16,827 bases of DNA from Chlamydiota bacterium (GCA_037133055.1 JBAXOY010000067.1:1-16827), one strand, 5' to 3'. Positions 8,291 through 16,505 are shown, counted from the stretch's first letter. Numbers and translations: made by a program. Notes: generated from the letters alone by a model not told the origin.

Positions 8291-11200
8291 TTACCTGAAA
8301 TCCTTCTTCGACGCCTTTCGCACCCTGTGGTGGCGGCAGTCCACGACATAGACCGCGTCGCCGTCCTTCTGCACGGCGATCCCCATCGGGAACTCGAGGA
8401 GCGTCCCGGACCCCTCGGCCGGCCGCCATGTCCCGAGGATCTTCCCGGCGGGGGAGTATTTCAGGACGCGATGGCCCGGCGGGTCGGTCAGATAGATATC
8501 CCCCCGCGCGTCCACGTCGAGGTACGGCTCGTTGAAGACGCCCTGCTTCCACCCGTCGACCTTGAACTGGCTGAGGTAGTTCCCGGCCTGGTCCAGTACC
8601 TGGACGCGCCCGTTCCCCGCGTCCGCCACGTACACCCTCCCCTTCCGGTCCACGGCGAGGCCCACGGGCGAATCGAACTCCCCGTTCCCCTTCCCCCGGC
8701 CCCCGATCACGCGGGGCGGCTCGCCCTCGGCCGTGAACAGCTTCACCGCGCTGTTCCCCGTGTCCGCGACCCAGACGCGCCCCTTCGCGTCGACCGCGAC
8801 CCCCCGGGGGGCGAAAAGGCCTCCCTCGAACACGGCGGCGGACTTCCCTTCGGGGCTGAGCGCCTGGACGCGGTGATTGAAGGTGTCGGCCACGTACACC
8901 CGGCCCTTCGCGTCCGTCTTCACGTCGCACGGGTTGTTGAACTGGCCCGGGTAGCTGCCCTCCTCGCCCCACGCGCAGAGGAAGAGGCCGTCGGGGCCGA
9001 ATTTCTGGATGCGGTAGTTCCTGAAATCCGCCACGTAGACATTTCCCTTCCCGTCCACCGCAACCCCGCGCGGCTCGTTGTACTCGCCCGGCGCGGATCC
9101 CTCGCCGCCGTCCAGCAGGGAGACCCTCGGGGCCGCCGTGGGGACGGGGGTGGCCTCCTTCCCCATCGCGCCGGCCGCCGCCGGCCGCGTGGAGCGCGCG
9201 GCCCGGTAGATCGCCACCGTCTTGTTCCGGAAGACCGGCGTGAACAGGTCCACCATCCCGTCGAACTTCGCGAGCGCGTCGGGTTTGTAGATTCTGCGCT
9301 CCGTGTCGCCGATGTAGACGTACCCGATGTCGTACTTCGCGATGAGCGTCCGGAGCTCGGCCGGGTCCGCGGACTTGAAGAAGGCGAAGACGTCGTTCTT
9401 CCGGATGTCGCGGTGGGGGTAGCCCCGCTGGTCCACGTGGCTCCACCAGCCGAGCACCGCCGGGAGCCCCGTGTTCGCGCTGATCCGCGCGTACTCATAG
9501 CGGTAGTCCTCGAGCGTCGCCTCGACGATCACCGGCTGCCCGCCGAGGCTCCGCCGGAGCCACATCACCGCCTCGTACTCGTCGGGAAGGCGGTCCTTGA
9601 GGAAGGCGAGGCCGTCCAGTGTCGGGTCGGTCAGGGCCTGGGGCAGGAGGGCGTTCAGCAGGCCGGACCGGCCGCCCATGGGCGGCTTCAGGGACACGCG
9701 CCCGTACAGATCGTCGCCGGTCGTGCGCGCCCGGGGCCCCATGACGGTAAAGACGAGCGATGCGGCGGCGAGCGCGGCGAGGGCGGTCCACCAGGCGGCC
9801 CGCTTCGAGAGACTGAGCGCCCGCCGGGCGCCGGAGAGCGCGCACGGGGGATGGGCGGCGATCCGGCTGAGGAAGAACGCGCAGCCGATGGAGAAGAAAA
9901 ACCAGACCGGCATGTAAAACTTGAAGATGGTGTTCATCCTCTTCCACCCGCCGCCCTGGAGGAAATCCCTGATATGGAAGATCTCGCACGTCGCGACGAT
10001 GGCGAGCCCGTAGAGGACCAGGGCGATGGCGAAGACCGCCCTCGCGTCACGCCGGTTCCGCCCGAGCGCGATGAGGCCGGGAAAGAGGAGCGCGAGGACG
10101 AGGGACAGCGCCGCGTAGTCGCGCAGGCCGGGCGCGGCGAAGGCGAGCCGCGGGGCGGCCGAGGCGAGGGCGCGGGAGAGGGCGGCGCAACTCCGCGCGC
10201 CGAGCGGGGAGAAGGCGTACCACGGCGCGGCCGCCGCCGCGAGGAGAAGGAGGACGAGCACGAGGCGCCGCCGGAGGCCCCGGGCGCCGTCGAGAAAGAG
10301 GAGGGCCTCCATCGCGACATACGACGCGATCACGAAGAGGAAGAGGCCGAAAAAGCGGAGCAGGGCCCCGGCGGGAGTCGTGAGCTCTCCCACGAGCCCT
10401 ATCCCCATCCCCTCCCTCCCGAAGAACTGGAAGAACGGCGCGTAGGCGGCCACGGCCGCCGCGGCCAGCGGCACGAACGCCCACGCCGTCCTGAACAGCA
10501 CCCCGAGGGGCCTTCCGACCGGCCCCTCGAGACGCGCGAGGCTCATGATCGCGAGGATCAGGCGCCCGCCGAAACCGCAGCTCCACCATATCGAGTACTC
10601 GGCCAGGGGCAGTACGCGGGGCGCATGCCGGCGCCGCACGACCTCGCGCGCCAGGAAACCGAGGGCGAGCACGCCGCCGATGGTCGGAAAATCCCAGGTG
10701 TTCGTGGGGACCAGCATGCCGAGGACCAGCGCGGTGGCGGCGAAATTCACCGCCCTCGATTCCCCCGTCGACGTGCACTCCCGCCCCGGGGGCGAGCGCC
10801 ACAGCATGAGGTCGAGGGCCCGGGCGAGCAGGAGCAGGGCGAAGGGCATGGCGATGATGTGCGCGTGGAGATCGACGAAGATGAAGCTCCAGAGAGGAAA
10901 CTCGTGAACCGTGTTCGGGATCAGTTCGTGAGCGCAGCGGAAGAACCGGTAGGAGTGCTCGGCGTGCGTGGCCGGGCTGATATGGAGGAACCGGTAGAAA
11001 ATGTCGCGCCAGGGGCAGGTGTCAACCCAGAGGAGTAACCCGTCGAGGTTCCCGAGGAGCCCCGCCGCGGCGGCGCCCGCGAGGCCCCACCGTATCCGCC
11101 CGGCGAGGGTGAGGACGATCGAGAAGACGGAGGAGATCACCAGCGCCGGGATGAGGCAGAAGGAGAGGGGGTAGCCGACGGTCGACGGGACCCCGGAGAG

Positions 11201-12688
11201 CTTCGTGAGCATCGCGACGAGGTAGTGCCCGTAGTAATAGTAGTTCAGGTAGACGCCGGACGCCCACGGGTCGATCGGCGGGAAGTACCGGGAGCGGAGG
11301 ATCGAGTTGATGAACGAGAAATCCATGGAGCTCTCGCTCCAGAAGATATCGGGGTTGTAGAGGCGGAAAAGCAGGAAGAGCAGGAACGACGCAAGGAAGA
11401 CCGCCTCGGAGGCGCAGGCGGCCTTCGCCGTTTCCCCGGTGAATCCGCGCCAGCCGCAGCCCCGCGCGGCGAGCCGGATCGACACGAGGAGCACGAGGCC
11501 GTAGGCCGCGAGGATCCCGGAGAGCGAGAAGGGGACGGCGTGCAGGCTCGCCGCGAGCCAGACGAGCCAGCCCGCGAGGGCGATCGCCAGCGTCTTCGCG
11601 AACGGGGCCCCCCGGTCCTTCAGGCCGCCGAAGAGGGAGGACGCGATGGGCAGGGCGATGAGCCCGAGCGCCTCCGCCATCGCGAGCCACGCGATGAGGG
11701 CCCACACCCCCGTGCGCCCTCCCCCCGCGCCGGCGTCGAGCGGGGAGGCGGCCCCTCCCCTGCCCCACGGCGCCCGGTCCTCGCTCGCGGCGAGCGCCTC
11801 GTCGAGCACCGGCCACCAGTCGATCTTCGGCTCGGCGCGCAGCAGGCGCTCGATCCCGTCGGCGGGGAGGCGCGCCGTGTTTTTGAAGATGAGGACCTTC
11901 GGGTGCTCGTAGACGGTGAAGCTCTCGTCGGCGAAATCGTCGTTGAACACGACCCCGGCGAGGCGCGGGTATGAGGTGAAGCTCTTCACGAGCGTGTAGC
12001 CGAGCCGCCCCTCGAAGAGGAGCCGGTAGTAGTTCGCGCTGATCGGGTAGCGGTCGGGCACCCTCAGGACCGAGCCGTACATCCGCTTCGTCGGGAGGGC
12101 GATATAGTCGCCCGCGGCGAGCTGGCCGGCGAGCAGCCGGGCCTTGCCGCGGTCGTCGGCGCGGTAGATGTCGAGCGCGGTGACGGCGTAGCGGAACCTG
12201 CCGGGGTCGCCTGCGGATGTGCTGGTCGGGAGGACGCAGAACTCCCACGTTTCGCCGAGGATCTGCGACCGGGGCGGGACATTCCGGTAGATCCAGTCCG
12301 ACGCGGCGACGCGGGTGTCCTCGTGCCGGTAGACGCTCATGTACGCGAGGGCATAGAAGAACGAAAAGGCGACGGCAAGCCCGGCCGCGAGGACGAGGAG
12401 CCGCCGCCTCAGACGGCTCCCCGCCTCCCCGATGATAAGGCAGATGCCGCCCGCGCCGAGGACGCAGAGGAACGGGATGAGCGGGGCGAGGTAGCGGAGG
12501 AACTTCACCTTGAAGCTCAGGGTGGCCGCCGCCACGGGGACGAGCCACGCGAGGACGAGCAGGACGCCCCGGTCGGGCCGGCGCGCGGTGCGGGCGACGA
12601 GAAACGCCGCGCCGAGGAGGAGGGCGGCGCCGGCGGGGATCCCCAGGCAGTAGGCCAGGAGATTCTTCAACTGATAGAACCCGCGCAC
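8291..12688 (-). CDS. Large membrane protein: C-terminal half of a PMT-like GT-C domain + DUF2298 (Chlor_Arch_YYY-type) domain + six NHL repeats; in frame with 12698-13519 across one TAG
   Basis: 1465 aa from GTG 12688, preceded by AGGAG at 6 nt spacing. The first part has KFLRYLAP, DTRVAASDWI and DESFTVYEHPKV. DUF2298 motifs are PPIDPW...LNYYYYGH, HEFP...DLHAH, NTWDFP, RMNTIFKFY, TLDG and TGLPAVLGW. Six NHL repeats follow. Confidence 0.88.
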   Translation of the reverse strand: MRGFYQLKNLLAYCLGIPAGAALLLGAAFLVARTARRPDRGVLLVLAWLVPVAAATLSFKVKFLRYLAPLIPFLCVLGAGGICLIIGEAGSRLRRRLLVLAAGLAVAFSFFYALAYMSVYRHEDTRVAASDWIYRNVPPRSQILGETWEFCVLPTSTSAGDPGRFRYAVTALDIYRADDRGKARLLAGQLAAGDYIALPTKRMYGSVLRVPDRYPISANYYRLLFEGRLGYTLVKSFTSYPRLAGVVFNDDFADESFTVYEHPKVLIFKNTARLPADGIERLLRAEPKIDWWPVLDEALAASEDRAPWGRGGAASPLDAGAGGGRTGVWALIAWLAMAEALGLIALPIASSLFGGLKDRGAPFAKTLAIALAGWLVWLAASLHAVPFSLSGILAAYGLVLLVSIRLAARGCGWRGFTGETAKAACASEAVFLASFLLFLLFRLYNPDIFWSESSMDFSFINSILRSRYFPPIDPWASGVYLNYYYYGHYLVAMLTKLSGVPSTVGYPLSFCLIPALVISSVFSIVLTLAGRIRWGLAGAAAAGLLGNLDGLLLWVDTCPWRDIFYRFLHISPATHAEHSYRFFRCAHELIPNTVHEFPLWSFIFVDLHAHIIAMPFALLLLARALDLMLWRSPPGRECTSTGESRAVNFAATALVLGMLVPTNTWDFPTIGGVLALGFLAREVVRRRHAPRVLPLAEYSIWWSCGFGGRLILAIMSLARLEGPVGRPLGVLFRTAWAFVPLAAAAVAAYAPFFQFFGREGMGIGLVGELTTPAGALLRFFGLFLFVIASYVAMEALLFLDGARGLRRRLVLVLLLLAAAAAPWYAFSPLGARSCAALSRALASAAPRLAFAAPGLRDYAALSLVLALLFPGLIALGRNRRDARAVFAIALVLYGLAIVATCEIFHIRDFLQGGGWKRMNTIFKFYMPVWFFFSIGCAFFLSRIAAHPPCALSGARRALSLSKRAAWWTALAALAAASLVFTVMGPRARTTGDDLYGRVSLKPPMGGRSGLLNALLPQALTDPTLDGLAFLKDRLPDEYEAVMWLRRSLGGQPVIVEATLEDYRYEYARISANTGLPAVLGWWSHVDQRGYPHRDIRKNDVFAFFKSADPAELRTLIAKYDIGYVYIGDTERRIYKPDALAKFDGMVDLFTPVFRNKTVAIYRAARSTRPAAAGAMGKEATPVPTAAPRVSLLDGGEGSAPGEYNEPRGVAVDGKGNVYVADFRNYRIQKFGPDGLFLCAWGEEGSYPGQFNNPCDVKTDAKGRVYVADTFNHRVQALSPEGKSAAVFEGGLFAPRGVAVDAKGRVWVADTGNSAVKLFTAEGEPPRVIGGRGKGNGEFDSPVGLAVDRKGRVYVADAGNGRVQVLDQAGNYLSQFKVDGWKQGVFNEPYLDVDARGDIYLTDPPGHRVLKYSPAGKILGTWRPAEGSGTLLEFPMGIAVQKDGDAVYVVDCRHHRVRKASKKDFR
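8294..9110 (-). repeat. Six NHL repeats (6-bladed beta-propeller) at the protein level
   Basis: The repeats are YNEPRGVAVDGKGNVYVADFRNYRIQKF, FNNPCDVKTDAKGRVYVADTFNHRVQ, LFAPRGVAVDAKGRVWVADTGNSAV, FDSPVGLAVDRKGRVYVADAGNGRVQ, FNEPYLDVDARGDIYLTDPPGHRV and LEFPMGIAVQKDGDAVYVVDCRHHRV. Confidence 0.93.
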
Positions 12689-12699
12689 GGTGTGCTCCT
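12689..12699 (-). promoter_or_regulatory. Shine-Dalgarno AGGAG overlapping the amber stop, 6 nt before GTG 12688
   Basis: The minus strand reads CAG TAG GAG CAC ACC GTG CGC. AGGAG is at 12699-12695 and the spacer is CACACC. Confidence 0.6.
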
Positions 12700-13519
12700 A
12701 CTGGAGCGTCCACGGCGGCGCCCACCGCCCCTGGACCATGTTCCGCTGCTCCACGAGCTGCCGCATGAATTCCGCGTGGTCGCGGAAAAAGAACGGCTCC
12801 GCCGCCGCGAAGACCGCGCCCGTCAGCAGGAGCGCCGCGAGGAGCTTTCCCCACTGGACCGGCGAAAGAAAGCGGCGCCGCCGTGCGCAGAGGGCGCCGT
12901 GGGCGAAGAGGAGCGGCAGCAGGACGGGGGCGGCGGTCACCTTGGTCGCGAGCGCGAGCCCCGCCATGACCCCCGCGAGGGCGTAGGCGCGGAACCTTCC
13001 CCCCTCCATCACGCGCGCCGAGAAATAGACCGAGGCGGTGACGAGGCTCGCCAGCATCACGTCCACCGTGAGCAGGTGCGAGAGCTGGATGTGGAGGACC
13101 GCGAACGAGAAAAAGAGCGCCGCGAGGCACCCGGCGCGCCGCGAGAAGAGGCGGGCGCCGAGGAGGTAGACGAAGAGGATGGTGAGCGTGTCGAAGAACG
13201 CCGACCAGGCGCGCCCGACCGCGAACAGGTCCCGGCGCGGGAAGAGCCGCTGCGCGCCGCGTATAAGGAAGAGGGGGAGCGACCCGTAGGCGAAGAAGTG
13301 CGGGTTGTGCGAGTCGAGGCGCTCGAGGAGGGTCACCCGCTCCCCGCGGGCGGCCTTCGCCGCGACCGCCGCGACCTGGCGGTCGATATCGCCGATCGCA
13401 TAGGAGATGCGCGCCTCGTCGGGGTGGAAAACGGTCGGCCTCCCCCAGTCGAGGTGGGAAAAACGGAACGCGCCCCCGAGAGCGAGGGCGGCGATGAGGA
13501 CCGCGAGATGCCGTTTCAC
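12698..13519 (-). CDS. N-terminal half of an HPDE-motif PMT_2/ArnT-like GT-C domain (ends at an in-frame TAG; split gene or nonsense allele)
   Basis: Likely start is GTG 13519, with a GTGA overlap on the GT2 stop and a GGAGGGGG SD. Motifs are FRF...FHPDE, NPHFFAYGSLP, GRAWSAFFDTLT, HIQLSHLLTVD and GLALATKVT. It ends PPWTLQ* in the middle of the domain, as shown by the paralog at 212-2500, which continues past this point. Confidence 0.82.
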   Translation of the reverse strand: MKRHLAVLIAALALGGAFRFSHLDWGRPTVFHPDEARISYAIGDIDRQVAAVAAKAARGERVTLLERLDSHNPHFFAYGSLPLFLIRGAQRLFPRRDLFAVGRAWSAFFDTLTILFVYLLGARLFSRRAGCLAALFFSFAVLHIQLSHLLTVDVMLASLVTASVYFSARVMEGGRFRAYALAGVMAGLALATKVTAAPVLLPLLFAHGALCARRRRFLSPVQWGKLLAALLLTGAVFAAAEPFFFRDHAEFMRQLVEQRNMVQGRWAPPWTLQ

Positions 13520-14298
13520 TGTGTCATGCCCCCTCCCCCGCTCCCGCCGGACCGGTACAGGCCCCTGATGTCGTAGAAGCGGATCCTCAGCACATCGAGG
13601 AACATCTGCACCGGATCGCCGACGATGCTCACGCGGCTGCGGGGGGAATTGTACCACGTCACGGGGACCTCCGCGATCCGGTATCCGCCCTTCCGCGCGA
13701 GATAGAGCGCCTCCACGTCGAAGCTGAACCGCTCGACCCGCTGCCGCGAGAAGACGTCGCGGGCGGCGGCGCCCGTGAAGAGCTTGAACCCGCACTGCGT
13801 GTCGTGAAAGCCGCGCAGCGTGAAGAGCCTGACGACCTTGTTGAAGGTCTTCCCCATCAGCTCGCGGTACCACGGCTGGCGTACCCGGACGTCGGATCCC
13901 CGGATCGACCGCGAGCCGATGGCGATGTCGTATCCACCATCGAGAAGCGCGTGAAAAAGCTTTTCGATATCCTCGATCGGGGTCGAGAGGTCGGCGTCGG
14001 AGAAAAGGATGAATTCGCCGCGGGACTCCTCCACCCCCCGGCGCACCGAGAACCCCTTTCCCCTGTTCCGCCCGTTCAGGACGACCCTCAGCCCTCCCCG
14101 ACTCTCCGCCGCGCGGCGGGCCGTCGCGACCGTCCCGTCCGTCGAGCCGTCGTCCACCACGATGACCTCGAACGCGCCCCCCCGCCCGGAGAGGTACTCG
14201 AAGACGCGCGCGAGCGTCCCCTCCAGACGCTCCTCCTCGTTGAAGGCGGGGATCACCACGGAAAGGCGCACGGCGGGTGCGGGATCTTGCGCGCTCAC
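13516..14298 (-). CDS. GT2 dolichyl/polyprenyl-phosphate beta-glucosyltransferase-like protein (ALG5/DPG-synthase-like)
   Basis: 260 aa with LSVVIPAFNEE, IVVDDGSTDGT, NRGKGFSVRRG, FSDADLSTP, IAIGSR, DTQCGFKLF and FSFDVE. The GTGA start overlaps the upstream stop, and a GGAGG SD is present. Confidence 0.92.
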   Translation of the reverse strand: MSAQDPAPAVRLSVVIPAFNEEERLEGTLARVFEYLSGRGGAFEVIVVDDGSTDGTVATARRAAESRGGLRVVLNGRNRGKGFSVRRGVEESRGEFILFSDADLSTPIEDIEKLFHALLDGGYDIAIGSRSIRGSDVRVRQPWYRELMGKTFNKVVRLFTLRGFHDTQCGFKLFTGAAARDVFSRQRVERFSFDVEALYLARKGGYRIAEVPVTWYNSPRSRVSIVGDPVQMFLDVLRIRFYDIRGLYRSGGSGGGGMTQ

Positions 14299-16490
14299 GT
14301 CTCCGGCGCCTCCGCGGGGACCCGGTAGATCAGCACGTCCCTCCCCCGGTACACGAGGGGAAACGATCCCGCGAAGGCGTCAAGGCCCGCGCGGGTGTAC
14401 TTTTTACTCTCGAGCGTGCCCACATACACAAAGCCGACGCCGTACTTCCGGAGCAGGGGCAGCGCCTCGCGCTTGTCCGTCGCATCGTAGATGCGGCGGA
14501 TATCCTCGGTCCGCTCCGTGATCTTCTTCCAGCTCCAGTCCCGCCAGAGCGATTCCTGGTTCCCCCACCCGAGCACCGTCGGGCGGCCGGTGAAGGTCGA
14601 GACCCTCCCGTGGAAACTGTAGGGATTCCCCGTGGCCTCGAGGATGACGGCCCCGGGGGGTATCCAGCCGCGCACCCAGCCGAGGGCCCGGTACTCGCCC
14701 GGGTAGAGGTGCCGGATGTAGGCGGCCCCGTCGAGGGTGGGAAGGTAGGGGACCGGTCCCCGCGCGCCCCCGCGGAACCCCTGGCAGCGATACCAGGTCC
14801 CCAGGACCGGGTAGATGAGCGACGGCGCGATGAGCGCCGCCAGCGCCGCGCGCCATGCATGCCGCGGGAAGCCCGTGAGCCACTCGGCGACGAACCATCC
14901 CCCCGCGGCGAAGACGATGGAGGAGAGTATCCAGGCCTGGAAATAGTATTTGAAGACCGTGTTCTGCCGCTGGAGCGTCGGGCCGTAGAAATCCTTGAGG
15001 TAGAGGAACTCGCAGCCGAGGAAGAGCGAGACGCAGAGGAAGGAGAGGAGGAGGACGAAGAGCCGCTCCGGAGGCATCTCCGCGCGCGAGAAGGCGACCA
15101 GCGCTGCCGCGAGGCACGCGCCGGCCATGATGCCGGCGACCGCGCTCCCCGCCAGCACGCCCGCCGCGACCGCGACGGCGCCCGATGCGATCGCAAGACC
15201 AGGCCCGCCGAGGAGAAGCCCCCCCCTGCGGGAGGCGCGGAACGACTCCGCGGAGAGGAACGAGAGGATGGCGGCGCAGGCGAGCCCGTTCACCGTCAGG
15301 AACGCGCCCAGCGGGGACCGGTGCGCGGCGTCCACCATGCCCGGGCTCGTCCTCGCGGCGGGCTCGAACCAGAGGTGAAACGGGAGGAAGAAGACGATGC
15401 TCGCGGCAACGGCGAGGAGCAGCCACGCCGGAAGAGGCCACGCCGGGGCGCCCGCTTCCCGGCGCCGCGCGAGGGCGAAGGCGGAAATCGCGGCGAGCAG
15501 CACGTAGGTCGGGTAATCCCAGGTGTTGAACATGAATACGGATCCGAGCGCGAGCGGGAAGAGCACCCCCGCCGCGCCCCAGCCGGAGGGCGGGAACCGG
15601 GCAAGGAGCTCGCGGCTCCGGATGAAGAAGACGAGGAGGATGGACAGGATCAGGAAGCAGAACGGCATGAACATATAGTGCGGGTGCAGGTCGCCGAGGA
15701 GGAAGCTGAAGCAGGGGAACTCGTGGATGGTGCCCGGGATGACATCCCGCGACCCGTGGGCGAACATCTCGATCCACCAGTCCGTTCCCCAGAGGCCGCC
15801 GCCCAGGAAGGCGCGCCTGCACGCGTCGAGATTGCCGAGGCCGAGGAGGTAGAGCGGGGCGAGGAGGGCCCACCCGCGCCGGCGGACGAGGTTGAAGGCG
15901 AGGCTGAACGACCCGAGGGCCGCGAGCGGGACCACGGTGGCGACGGCGAGGTTGAAGCCGATCTCGGGCCTCGCGGAGGCGAGCCTCACGAGGCAGGAGA
16001 AGAGGGCGTAGCCGAGGTAGTAGTAGTTGATCGGCTTCCCCGCGAACCAGAGGTCCTGGGGCGGCATGGCGCCCCCCCGGAGCACGGCCTGGAGGTACAT
16101 CATGTCGGGCTCTTTCTCGGCGAGCGTGATGTCGGGCTTGAACGACTGGATGAAGACCGCGGCCGCGAACACGGCGAGGAAGAACAACTCCTCAAAGAGG
16201 AGGATCCCCTTCCGCTCGGCGATGAAGCGGCCCATCTCCCCGCGCCGCGCCCAGGCGAAAACCGCGGAGGAGGCGAGGAAGATGAGGAAGAGGGCCATGA
16301 CCGAGGCCCCGTCGAGGGGAAAGAGGCCCACGCTCGCGGAGAGCCATGCCGCATAGCCAAGGATCAGGATGCCGAGGAGCCGCGCCACCCCGAGCCCCCC
16401 GTCGGGGAGGCCTCGGAAGAGGCACAGGCAGACCGGCCAGCAGGCAAGGCCCAGCAGTTCGACGACCAGAAGCCACCGCACGACGACCAT
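14295..16490 (-). CDS. DUF2298 / Chlor_Arch_YYY-type multi-pass membrane protein (probable GT-C-like fold)
   Basis: Likely start is ATG 16490 (MVVVRWLL...); the ORF is open to 16514. Motifs are AEKEPD, PPQDLWFAGKPINYYYLGY, IHEFPCFSFLLGDLHPH, NTWDYP, RQNTVFKYY, TLDG, VILEA...RVSTFTGRPTVLGW and YGVGFVYVG. Confidence 0.9.
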   Translation of the reverse strand: MVVVRWLLVVELLGLACWPVCLCLFRGLPDGGLGVARLLGILILGYAAWLSASVGLFPLDGASVMALFLIFLASSAVFAWARRGEMGRFIAERKGILLFEELFFLAVFAAAVFIQSFKPDITLAEKEPDMMYLQAVLRGGAMPPQDLWFAGKPINYYYLGYALFSCLVRLASARPEIGFNLAVATVVPLAALGSFSLAFNLVRRRGWALLAPLYLLGLGNLDACRRAFLGGGLWGTDWWIEMFAHGSRDVIPGTIHEFPCFSFLLGDLHPHYMFMPFCFLILSILLVFFIRSRELLARFPPSGWGAAGVLFPLALGSVFMFNTWDYPTYVLLAAISAFALARRREAGAPAWPLPAWLLLAVAASIVFFLPFHLWFEPAARTSPGMVDAAHRSPLGAFLTVNGLACAAILSFLSAESFRASRRGGLLLGGPGLAIASGAVAVAAGVLAGSAVAGIMAGACLAAALVAFSRAEMPPERLFVLLLSFLCVSLFLGCEFLYLKDFYGPTLQRQNTVFKYYFQAWILSSIVFAAGGWFVAEWLTGFPRHAWRAALAALIAPSLIYPVLGTWYRCQGFRGGARGPVPYLPTLDGAAYIRHLYPGEYRALGWVRGWIPPGAVILEATGNPYSFHGRVSTFTGRPTVLGWGNQESLWRDWSWKKITERTEDIRRIYDATDKREALPLLRKYGVGFVYVGTLESKKYTRAGLDAFAGSFPLVYRGRDVLIYRVPAEAPET

Positions 16491-16505
16491 TGGAGCCCCG
16501 GGGGG

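Noticed and set aside
8111..11038. 975-aa + strand ORF (also 14277-16706 809 aa, 5479-7131 550 aa, 12323-13576 417 aa)
   Set aside because: These are antisense shadows of well-supported minus-strand genes. Their Arg/Gly/Glu/Pro-rich, motif-free translations are expected from high GC3 codon bias.
12698..12700. Pyrrolysine/selenocysteine as the main explanation of the internal stop
   Set aside because: The codon is TAG, so Sec is excluded. No pyl genes are in the window. TAG serves as a normal stop for 212-2500 and 4123-5271, which argues against global reassignment. It is kept only as a minor alternative.
11022..13130. 702-aa alternative-frame minus-strand ORF spanning the TAG, considered as a frameshift bypass
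   Set aside because: The translation is low-complexity Arg/Pro/Gly. The two real halves are already in the same frame, so no frameshift is needed.
13520..13873. N-terminal extension of ORF 12698-13873
   Set aside because: It overlaps the ALG5-like GT2 in another frame. GTG 13519, with SD and GTGA coupling, is the better start.
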